Source of the DNA: Selaginella moellendorffii
Lineage: Eukaryota > Plantae > Lycopodiophyta
Assembly (NCBI RefSeq): GCF_000143415.4
Contig: NW_003314263.1
Location: forward strand, 622,165-686,164
Length of the DNA stretch: 64,000 bases
Direction: 5' to 3'
Both the position numbers and the translations under genes were made by a program. The notes below the pieces were generated by a model, which did no database searches, was not told where the DNA came from, and worked only from the letters and a program-made list of their open reading frames with translations. Shown piece by piece: positions 11,644 to 23,001 of the stretch; the stretch's first letter is position 1; each line of letters begins with the position of its first letter.

Positions 11644-13934
11644 TCAGATTGTTATTTTTTGCTTCCAACGCCTATACAATAATCTTGGAATTTCATCACT
11701 CTCCACACTATCAGGATTTAAACCCAATAGTAATGCCATCTCTTCTCTAATACGTCCACGCTCATGTTCAGTGGTCGAAGAACCCATCCGGTTGAGTAGA
11801 TTATGGAGATGCGGATAGTGCTTGGCTAGACAATATACATGCCATAAATGATGACTGGTGTCTGTCCGATCAAATGGCTTCTGATATACCGTTCCATCTG
11901 CCATTTGGTTGATTTCTGCAGCCACCTCCTGGACTGGCTGGTTCTCTATCACCATCGCTCCAAGCCGTTTTGCAAGGTCCCCCAGAACATACGGTTTCTT
12001 CTCCCTAGTTTCCATACTGCAAGAGATGGGGTGCACTGCATATGTGTGCGTGTTCGCTGCAGTTTTAATCAGCGAGTCATCGATGATGAGGATTTCACTT
12101 GACCTAGCAGTCCGGTTCATCACTACAGCCTCTGGCTTGACGAAGATGGGCTTGCTACCCCTCACATGGACCATAGTCAAGCAATCCTCCTGCGTTAGGA
12201 AAAAGTCAAATGGTAATATTACTCGCGTCTGATCGTGCATCATCTGTAGCAACGTTAATGCATTGTGGCGCATCATGGATGTCCAAACTCCCAATTGCAA
12301 ATTGAACCCGGCCCTCTGTTTTAAGTGTCGCATGGTCATTATTAGATCCCGCAGTTTCTCCCGTGTGATTAATGTGAATCTGTCTCTTTTGACCAACTTG
12401 CGACCGCAGGCTTTGGAGGGTGCAGTGACATTCGAGGACGAGCCACGCTCATGGGAGAAAAGGACACCGTTCAGATCAAAAACGATATAGTACTTTCGCC
12501 GTGACTCTGAAATGAAATGCGTCAGCATAAAAAATGGTACAAGTCAATTTTACCATCTACAATATTAGCGAATGGTGCTCCCGATGGTCATTCAGAGGGT
12601 TTTGGTCGAGGAAACGTGAAGGGCGGAAATACTCTCCTCTGCAATGTGGGGTCAATCGCATCCGATGGCGTGTGGGCACATGCCCTTTCAGCTGTAGACT
12701 CTGGTACAACTGGCTCAACAGTGGCATGGGGTGGTTCCGATGGTGTGTGATCACACGCCATTTCAGTTGGTGCCTCCGTTGGCAAAGTGGACATGACCGA
12801 ACAGGCAGCAGGGGCGGTGTAGGGAGGTTTCAACGGCGCGTAGTCAGACGATTGGGCACACGTTGAGTCCGTTGGAAATGAGGATACAACCGGCTCGGCA
12901 GCTGGGGCGGCCTCATGCGGGTCCAATGGCACCTGGTCACCGTCAGTTGGATACGTGGACAAGATTGACTCAGTGGTATGGGCAGCATCAAGTGGAGCGT
13001 GGTCAGTTTGCTTGGCGTTGATATGGATAGTAGCCTCCACCAGCTCTAATGACTCTTGCAGGCAAGTAGAGTCCACTGGCAGATCCATATGCATGTCCAA
13101 ATATCTCCCTTCGATTGAGATGGTATCCTCCTTACTGGCTACTAAAAACAAACTCATTAGCACATTGAATCGACTATACTGTATTTACCATCAACTGCTA
13201 TTGAGGAACTAGGACCGATATCACTTGGGCGCACTGCTGATTCTGAAGGATTGGACATACGTTTCAACCCTTGCTTGGCACTATCCTTCCTCGACACTAA
13301 AGGCTAGAGTTTGTATCTTAATTCAACTGAATAATCTCTACTTACCATTTGCTTTGCAACCTACATGGACAATGTTAGAAATGGTAAAAGGTTAGGAATG
13401 GATGTACTATTATTTACCTGATGGTTTGTCTTGTATGACCTTCCTCCGCTACTCTTTGGCCACCTCAGGCTGGCCATCGTCGTCATCATCGTCGTCGTCA
13501 TTATTGTGATCGTCACTATTGTGAGGACCATCCAAGTCCTCTTCGTCCTCCTCTTCGTCCTTCTGCTCTTCCTGCTCATTATCTTTTTCTGGCTCCTCAT
13601 CCCCCTCCTGCATTTCTTCCATAGGCTGCTCAGGCTGGATGGCTTGTTCTTCCAGGACCATCTTGGGAAAATCATCTGGCCGAGTTTCCATCTCAAAATA
13701 CAAGACATCCATAGCCTGTTTTAGTGCGTGACCTAGGACCGTATCCTCACCCGACTGCCTTAACATAGTTTCTGCACGTTCTTGCACCCTTCGAAGACGA
13801 CGAGATGAGAAAAACGTGGCCCTGACTTGAAAAGCATCCCTCATCCATTGTACCTCTCCAGTGAGATTGGGGAAGGGGAGTCCGCCATAGGAATCTGAGT
13901 CAGGAGGTGGTGACCGCGAGGCATTACCTATCAT
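11644..13934 (-). CDS. Transposon cargo: multi-exon gene with an acidic/low-complexity N-terminal part and a C-terminal FCP1/NIF-like HAD phosphatase domain (last exon 11644-12506 is open)
   Basis: YYIVFDLNGVL, GVWTSMM, FFLTQEDC, KPIFVK and ILIIDDS motifs; predicted 47-nt intron 12507-12553 joins it in frame to ORF 12588-13163 (one TGA). Confidence 0.7.
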
Positions 13935-16900
13935 CTTTTCGTTGCCCTTCTTCCTTTTCGAATCAAACGCCTCTGATCCCGAAGACTGTCCAACGTGCTT
14001 TCGCTTTTATGACCACTGTCAGTTTGAGCTTGGCTGGTGCTTGCCTGTTTTGCCTTTGAAGAAGTGTCTCCTACAAGGAATGGCATGAGACCACACGCCA
14101 TTGCAAATATAATTTGTACCTCCTTTTTTCCTATTGCTTGTCTGTTTGTCCTTCTTCGACGTGCCACCAGTGCGTTTTTCAGTCCTCGTGTCTGAATATT
14201 CACAACGATCTATAATCAAAATGGCGTGAGGCCTCACGTGACCTTACCTTGTGCAGGTTGTGAGCTCGGCCCAACAGTAGCTGTTAACGCCGTTTCAGCA
14301 TCTGGGGGTGGCCACGCTCCTGCATACAGAGCTTGTGAGATAACATTTAAACTTAAAGTGCATACTCACCAGGTTCGCAGAGAAGATACTGTTTTTATTT
14401 GGCAACTGTAATTATATGCTTCATTGAAGTCACCTCTTCAATGGAGTTTGTCACCGCAACACACGGGACACCCTTGAGTAGTGCGGCTCGAAAGAATAGT
14501 CCGCCGTAGTTGTACTCGACAACGCATTTGCCCTTGGAGTCGGAAGCAGGTGCTATTGCGTTGAAGACCCAGCTGAGCATTTCCCATGCTGCACCTGGAG
14601 CTTTCTCTGGATTCGAAAGCTCCATAGCCGTCTTCAGTTCCTCAGGCACGGGTAAATTGACCTCCCTCAGATCAATTCGATCGGCCTTGTCGAACAAAGC
14701 TGGGAAGTCACTCCAGTCCCACTTTGCTGCAGGACCAATAACAAGGGCGAGTGTGAAGATGCGGACATTCGTCGGTATCTTCTTCTTAGCCATTATCCCA
14801 TGGATCTCCTACATCTCCTTGCCTTTCAACCGACCCTTCACCTCGTTCAAGGCCTTCCAGAACTTGTGATAGGATTCGGAGTCGTAGATCATATAGTGGA
14901 CTGAAGATTCCACCTCCGCAAGTCCCACCATTAAGTCAATGATGGAGCTGACTTCGTCTGCATGAGTGATCTCCTCGTTTGTAAAGTCCATCACACAAAA
15001 GATGTTCTTGACTTGCTCATCTCCGCGGGAAACGATGCTCCTCCACCTTTGATCCTCATCCGAATTCACGTATACCCGGTAAGGTTCTCGATAGGCCTCT
15101 ACTGCGGGGTCGAGCTGTTTCTGAAGCCGGCGGTCGACATCCCTCTTAATGAAATTTGGATACTGATCCAACTTCTCAGCTTTACTTTTCGTGGCATCCC
15201 GCAGCAGATCGATGAACTTGGGGGCCCCCTTCACGTAGTCGTCGATGTCTTCATTTGACAACTCCAGCTCTTCCATCATCTCTTGCGTGGTGTCGATGCT
15301 CACCCTCTCCACGGCCACTTGCTCGAAGATCCAATCCTTCAATAGCGCATGAGCTCTCAGAGTCGTGCACAAGTCCTCGTATGTCACAATATGGCCGGGA
15401 GTCATTTTGGTCTTGTTGAAGACTACCTCACCACGTAGAAGAGCATTAGCCATTGTCAGAAGGTCGTCGTCGTCTAGAGACCGCGAGAAACGCAAGGCGT
15501 TGAGCTTCAAATCATTGGGCTTCCGGCCGTCCTCCACACCCATTGAGTTTAGCAACTCCCCGTCATGGTACCTCCTCAGCACATCTACCCATTTGTCAAA
15601 AACAACTTTTGTCGTGAGTAGAATGTTATGGATGCTGAGTGTGTCATTGACCCCCAGTGTTTTCGAGAGAAGACTCGAGAATTCCTGCAATGGAAATGGC
15701 GTGAGGCCACATGCTATGCCACATGCAACGAGGCTTACCTGCCAGGCGCTAGTTGCTAGTGCACGTCCTTGTCCTGGTTTTTGTGGCTTCTTCAGTTGAA
15801 CCCAGAGCTTCCGTGTTCGTGCCAATGTCTCGTGCAGACTCGATTTGTAGCACGTTTCTTGCTTGACATTTTGCGCATGGGAGATGGATATAATAGATCG
15901 GAGGGGCGAGTTGCCTTTTATCAGGCGGACAACTTTTGTCTTGAAGACTTTCTTCACCTCCTCGCCCACCATAATATCCACAACTATCTCTTGCATCGCC
16001 AAGCTAGAATGCTGCCCGGAGATGGCATAGAACCGGATGTTCTGATCGTCCAACACCTTCCTATTGATCAAGTCTAGAAACCTCGTCTCGCCCTTCATTG
16101 TTCGGTAGTAGGGGATCACAGCTGCGATGTCGGGTGTTACTGGACTTGCCAGCATCTTCTGCTGCAGTTTCTCCACCCACTCATCAGATACTAGCCTGTG
16201 GTTGTATTTGCTTTGGATGTCGATACGGCTCACGTCGATTGTATATACTTTGTTGGAATAGTAACAAGTACTATTATCTGCGATGATTTTTGCTGCCTCT
16301 TCTTGCTCTTTCTGCTCTTTGCGGCTCTTCTTTTTGGTGGGTGTAGTGTTCGAACCCGAGGCAATGGCATCACCGAGTAGCTTCTTTTTTGGAGCTGCAG
16401 GAGAGTCGGACGTCGGCTTGAGCTTGACCACCCTTTTCTGCTTCGGGGTAGTTTCCAGATCGACCCCCTTCCCCTTCGCTTCGCGAACTGGAGGCACTCT
16501 CAATGGCTCAATGTTGGAATATAGTTTTTGAACATCGCCGTAGGTGAGGTCCGTGGATTCCATGTGATCTTCATAGACCCCCAGCGTCTTTGAAATTGTG
16601 GGCCTCCTGGACAACCTCTCCCTAGCTCCCTCTAGGAATTCCTCATAGCCGCTGCCCCCCTCCGGGAAGCCGCTAGGATGTGCAAGGTGGATCTTGAAGG
16701 CAGACGCTGTCTCTACCACAAGTGCCAGTCCATATTCTTGCATAGAACTGCATGGAGTGTCTGTCACTTGGATGAGGATCCCCATGCATTCTTTTCTCCC
16801 ACCATCTGTGTTGTACAGCCTCAGATCCTCACCTTCCATCCCGAAAGTCCAACTGGTGAGCTCCTCCCCCTTCTCTGCATCCACATTGACAGTGGCTGGA

Positions 16901-17283
16901 AGAAGAACGCAATTCCTTGCCTGTTCAGAAATGCACAACAATTAGAGCTGACAGATGAAAAGCTTGAGGCCACACGCCATTCACCACTGCATCAGATGTC
17001 TTGAGGCTGCATCCTAAGATGGCGTGAGGCTACACGCCATCTGTAACCGGACTGCACTCGAGAGCCCAATCGGTGCATGCCAATGTTGCTACTGAATGGC
17101 ATGTGGCCTCATACCATTTTCTACTTGGCCTAAAAGACTTACCATTTGAAGCCGAATGGAGGCCGTGACAATCGAGGCTGGACTCGCTGGCGAATGTGCA
17201 CTGTGTGTGCAGCGGATCGTAGCAGCAAGGCTACTCTGCCACTTAGAGTTGGAGAGTGGCGCTGAAATCTCCCGGGACGCCAA
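13931..17283 (-). pseudogene. Transposon cargo: ParB/Srx-like domain plus degenerate N4/N6 DNA-methyltransferase-like domain, multi-exon, with one or two premature stops
   Basis: IDVSRIDIQSKYNHR..WVEKLQQKM..FYAISGQHSSLAM (ParB-like, about 15860-16250); NPEKAPG..GKCVVEYNYGGLFFRAALLKGVPCVAV (resembles a beta-class MTase C-terminus); TAG at 14809 is in frame with ORF 14395-14793; introns 15685-15738, 14320-14369, 14192-14247 and 14071-14119 keep the frame to the stop at 13931; 5' end uncertain. Confidence 0.65.
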
Positions 17284-18013
17284 GTGGGCTGCGTGTGGGT
17301 GGTGGAGTGGGCGGCGGAGTTGGCGGCGAAGTTACAAACTGGGTGTGTTTTGAAGTGGACGCCGATGCACACGAGCGCGATACGAGCGCGAGTGTGATGC
17401 AAGCGCGAGTGGACGCCGATGCACACGAGAAACCTGTAGAGAAGGTAGATGAGCGCGAATGTGAGCGTGATCGCGAGTGGGAGCGCGATGCGAGCGTGAG
17501 TGTGCGATTATTTCTTGAATGGCGTGGGGCCGCATGCCATTTTCAAGGGCACATAGGAGTATATTCCTAGAATATTCTGACACGCGCAAGATTTTTTTGA
17601 GTTTTCTGGAGATCCAACCGTTAAATCGCAACTAGATTTTACAGAATGGTATACAATGTCTCTCTTGATGACCCTGCAAAGAAGCATCTCGATCAGACAC
17701 CACATGAGACCACACGAGCCTTACAATGTTTCAGGGGCATTTGCCATAGATCCGACCGTTATTTTGCTCCAAAATTTTACAGTTTGGTGTGCATTGACCT
17801 TTCCATCGACACTGCAAAGGGACATCACAATCAGATGCGAGATCACAAGAAACTAACTTCACTAACTCTGGTTTCACCAAGATTTACGTAAGAAGTTATG
17901 AAATGAAAGGACCCTCTCTATTGAAATGTGTTTATGGTCCTAGGGGCATTGTGACATATCAAAGGATTTTGCATCAAGTTCTGTATTTGCATGTTTATCA
18001 AGCTACTGAATTG

Positions 18014-18040
18014 CTAAACCCTAAACCCTAAACCCTAAAC
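18014..18040 (+). repeat. Interstitial plant telomere repeat / telo-box cluster, about 4 units of CTAAACC
   Basis: CTAAACCCTAAACCCTAAACCCTAAAC between the divergent transposon genes. Confidence 0.85.
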
Positions 18041-19472
18041 ATGTGGCAAATGCTGCGTGAAGAAAGATGCCCTTTCTGGGCAAATGCTGTAAGAGGCAGA
18101 TGCCGAGTAGATGTATCTCAGGCTAGCGAAGGGGACAAACGAAAGCTAGCTATAAACATGACGGGATGCAAATAGATTACTAGGCTGGTCCTGTGAAAAT
18201 CAAAAACCATAATTGAAAACATTGAAAATGCAAAAAGAAAGGTTTATAATATTTTTGAATTTTAAGCAACCAAAGGAATGTAAGTAGGGCATGTGTTTGT
18301 AAGTTTAAAAATGCCTCAACCACTTAAATTCCCAAGTAAATAAAGCTGTTTCTATTTTTGGTACAGATAAACTTTATAGCGTGTGGGCTCATGCAATTTT
18401 GAACCCAAAAATGCACCAAAAAACGCTCGACTAGCATTATTTTTTGAATGGCGTGTGGCCTTATATTGCCATAAATGGACGTACACACACAACATAATTA
18501 TTCCTTTACACGGCGAATAATCTTGGCGCGGATTGCTAACATGGCATGGGAAAGTTCGAATCACTGACATGGCACAGCTGGATCGAGGCAAGGACATGAT
18601 GTGACAAAGTTCAACCTCCGACAGCAAAGTTTAGAAGCTACTTAGTTTGAAATTTGTCAGAGGAATCATAAGATCTGGTTTGTCAGAGGATTTGATGTGA
18701 CGTTCAAGCGTGTGTTATTTTTGAATTCTCGAACTCATTCCTAGGTCTATCATTTTTGTGCGCCGTGTTCTTGGTTCCGCTGAGCACAGTGAGCGCTGCT
18801 TGTGTAAGCGGCGTTGTGGGCTGTGGTTTATGCGTCTACGAGCGGTTGCGGCATTGCGAGCGCCATTGCAAGCGGCAGTTTATGCGAGTGGCAGTTTGTG
18901 CGAGCGGTGCTACGAGCAGTTGCGGTGTTGCGAGCGGCGCTACGAGTAGTTGCGGTGTTGCGAGCGGCACTGTCTTTGGTGTGGCTACCGCTTCCTCTTG
19001 ATATTCGGCACTTGTGCTTCCTGGTATATTCACCATGGAATGGCTTAGGACCACATTTAGAAATGGCATGAGGCCACATGCCATCTTGGGCCCTTGCAAT
19101 TTCATGGCTAGCGTATTGTCATGTATGTTTTTACTTGCCTGCAGCTGTGTGTATATCAAGATGGCATGAGGCCTCATGCCAATTTTGTGAATGCGAAATT
19201 TCACGTGGGTGTCAATAGCATGTTTGAATAATGGCATGTGGCCTCATGCTATTGAGGTTGTTTGGTATGTTATGATTTAGGCCATTCTCCAATCATTTTT
19301 TGTATGGTCTTAACTTCTTTTCTGCACTTTCAGAATGGCCTTCAGGGTTGGGGAAAAGGTTTACATTTTGAATGGTGGGAAGAGAGTTGCAAAAGGGACC
19401 CTTGTGTCTATGGATCGGAACTTTGTTATACACTGTCAAAGGCTTGGGGAAGGTAATGCTGCTGTATCAGTA

Positions 19473-20901
19473 TGTGAGACACAAAATCCCTAGGCCCCAA
19501 AGTGGAGCCGGAAGGGCGCCACATGGTAGTGGCCGAAGCGAGAGCCAAACGAGCGTAACACGTTTGGACCAAAAGCTCCGACTTGAAAAATCAAGAGCGG
19601 GAGTGGAACTCCCAACGAAGTGCTCGAGGAACGAGCACGAAGCGAGCAAAAGGCGAGGCTCCAAAAAGGGACCCAAAAGGGCCAACACATGACACGTGGG
19701 AGTGTCCGAGATGGACCCGAGTTGGAGTCCGAAGTGGAGTCCGAGATGGACCCGAGTTGGAGTCCGAAGTGGAGTCCGAGATGGACCCGAGTTGGAGTCC
19801 GAAGTGGAGTCCGAGATGGACCCGAGATGGAGTCCGAGATGGAGTCCGAGATGGAGTCCGAGGTGGACCCGAGATGGACCCGAGTTGGAGTCCGAAGTGG
19901 AGTCCGAGATGGACCCGAGATGGAGTCCGAGATGGAGTCCGAGATGGAGTCCAAGGTGGACCCAAGATGGACCCGAAATGGAGTCCGAGATGGAGTCCGA
20001 GATGGACCCGAGATGGAGTCCGAGATGGAGTCCGAGACCCAGTGTTGGGTGATGAGCTGCCCACTAGGAAGTCCAAGACTAGAGTGAACACAGACCGACA
20101 AGCGGGGTAGCTTGGTGAAGTGTTCAAGAGCCGGCTCTAGTTCCCCCGGGAGATCGACTGGCCGATGCTCCCAGTCCAAGTGTGGGTGGCACTACCTACT
20201 TGGATACCTGGTGTGGCTCAACGGAACCCGCTCTAAGCCCATGGCTAGAGCACCTAAGGGCAGAAGGCGAGGAGAGTACCCAGGTGGCTCGCGTAAGGCC
20301 ACGGTGTTCCGAAATGTTGTCCCAAAGGCCCAGACTGTGGAAAGGAAGAGGAGCAGTCCTCTGGGGTAGTGACCAAGGACACAGTCGTGTGGGGAGGAAG
20401 TCCCAGAGGACCGTGGGACTTAGTGGTCGGGCCTGTGGGTCTCGATCCAGTGGCAGTGTTGGCAAACACGGCCAGGGGCAGAAAGGGACTTAGTGGGGAC
20501 TGACAGAGGGATATTGGGGAAGGCTATTCCCCTTGTCGGTGGGCATCCTAAGGATGCTAAGGAGTGGATCTGAGATGACCACTCACGGATGGTTTACCTA
20601 GTCTTGGAGAGCCAAGACGGTGATGCATGTGGTATTGGACTACCAGTGTGGCGAAGGTGATTGGGCATGGCCTTAGCATAACGGGCTGCCATGTCGGTGG
20701 TACCTTTGAGTGTCGGTCATGGGATCGGACACGTGGAGCACTTAGACCAAGTGCAAATGTTGAGTGGCATGGATGCCATTCTCGGGGCTTGCAAGTCCCA
20801 AGTCCTGGATTGGACTTATGGAGGTTGTGAATGAGACTCCTCCAAGTGGTCAGAGGTGTGGTTAAGTGACTAAAGTAGAATGGAAAATTTAGTCGCTTAC
20901 A
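19473..20901 (+). mobile_element. Solo LTR of the non-autonomous family inserted in the transposase
   Basis: TGTGAGACAC...GTCGCTTACA; TSD CAGTA (19468-19472 and 20902-20906). Confidence 0.96.
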
Positions 20902-22619
20902 CAGTAGAGACTGTCTTCGATGGGAATGTGGTCGCTATTGAACGAGGAGAGATGGTCATCAGGGTAAATGTTGTTGTTGCCTTGAAAAATCTTCAGAAGA
21001 AAGCAGATGTTGGGGACAGCGCAAGTGCAACGCATGTTCCCTCCGTGGATCTTAAGAACCGTGCTACATGGATTCAGGCAAAGGTGTTTCTAAACAACCC
21101 CGAGGAGGAGGTGGTAGCTGAGGGCTTAGCCATAGTTGTCGATCCAAGAGATGCGGTTGCTAATCAAGAATTGGGCTGGGATGATATTGGAGTTGCGATT
21201 TTAGAGGTTGTTGACACAGAAGAAAACAGTCTGACTATTAGAAGCATTGTGCGGTGGAAATTGAGGCACTTAGTGTTTGAGAATGTGAAGGATTCACAAT
21301 CAAACACCACTACAACTGATGACAGAACATCTCTTCATGGGAAAAGAAAGTACACCTTCCTAAAGCGCAGCCAAGGGGATCTGAGCAACGAACCGAAAAG
21401 ACAGAAAATGGCGATGGAGGTTCGAATGGTCTCGACAGTTGCTTGTTGCAAGAAGAGGTGCTGTCAACATGCTGATTGGGATGCTATTGAAGAGGAGAGA
21501 GCAAGATACAAGACATTGTCCTGGAAGGCAGCTCGCAATTTTGTGTATGAGGCATTACGGTCATCTGTTGATGCTTCAGAACATCAGGTGGGGGGCATGG
21601 TCTTCCAGAGGGGTTTGGTCTGCATGAAGGCATGGAGAATCATTTATGGAGTCCCTCGAACCACATTCTACAGAATCAAAACTGAGTTCGAGGATCAAAG
21701 GGTTCAACAGGCAGTCCATGGGAACGACGGTACGCACAAAACCAGGGGTCATGTTGTATATGGAGAGGCAATCTTCAAGAGGTTTGTCGAGACATGTAGC
21801 GAGCAGCAACCACATAAAACCCGCCTCTTGGAAGATGGAACACGAGACACCCAATGAGTTCTCCCTTCCATGTATACCAAGGGGGCCATATTGGAAGATG
21901 TGAATCGGGAACTCCAGAGTAATGGCTACAGGAAGCTGAGCCAATCTAGATTTAGTAGATTGTGGAGCAACAGGTTCAGGGATGTGAGTATAGGAAAGTA
22001 CTCCAGCTTTTCAAAGTGTGACGAGTGCACTGCTATCAAAATGGCTTTGTCGAAGAATTCTTGCAGCGCTCAAGAGCGAGAGACGTTGGTTAGAAGGCGG
22101 CTCGACCACAACATCGAGCAGAGAAGCTGCAAGACTGCATATTATCATAACAGGATTCTCTCCATGGAGAGACCTGGCTCTTACCTCTACATCATCCACG
22201 ACAAAATGGACCAGAAAAAGACGTGCTTACCTCGACTCAATCCTGCCCCCAAGGCAATCTCTTCATCCATGCAGCTGCCTGTGTCTCTGTTTGGCATAAT
22301 CGCTCATGGGCATGGTGCCCAGAACTATGGGAACTTCTTTGTACCTCTATGGGGTGGCGGGGGTGCAAACATGATGATTGCGTTCCTAGCAAAACACTTA
22401 AGGTCTCTGCAAAGTGCGTAGACTGAGCTGAACGGCCAACCCTTGCATAAGGCCCTTGTCGATCGAACCCCATACAGGGTTCAGCTGGAGGAGGAGCAAA
22501 GGCTTGCAGTATCGCGTGGGGCCCCATGCCATCCCAGTGAATATGTTAGCCATTAGATTGTAGGGTTATCACGTGAGGCCTCATGCCATTCCGATGAGGC
22601 TGGTCGCCCGGTGAATGCA

Positions 22620-23001
22620 CAGCCTCATCCAAACGAAGCAGAATCTCAAGGAAGTTCTTGCGGCCGATGTGGCCTTCCACCCCATCTTCTGCTCCAAACA
22701 GACAATGCTGGCAGTGAGAACAAAAACATGTACGTCTTCGCGTACTTGGCGATGCTTGTTGCCAAAGGCATATTTGAAACGGTTACACTTGGCTTTCTCA
22801 TGGTTGGGCACAGCCTCATCCAAACGAAGCAGAATCTCAAGGAAGTTCTTGCGGCCGATGTGGCCTTCCACCCCATCTTCTGCTCCAAACAGACAATGCT
22901 GGCAGTGAGAACAAAAACATGTACGTCTTCGCGTACTTGGCGATGCTTGTTGCCAAAGGCATATTTGAAACGGTTACACTTGGCTTTCTCATGGTTGGGC
23001 A
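22620..23001 (+). repeat. 191-bp tandem duplication inside the transposase catalytic core
   Basis: CAGCCTCATCC... starts at 22620 and 22811; GCACA microhomology at the junction; causes a frameshift. Confidence 0.92.

Noticed and set aside
18014-18040. Chromosome end or true telomere
   Set aside because: Only about 4 units, internal to a TIR-bounded element
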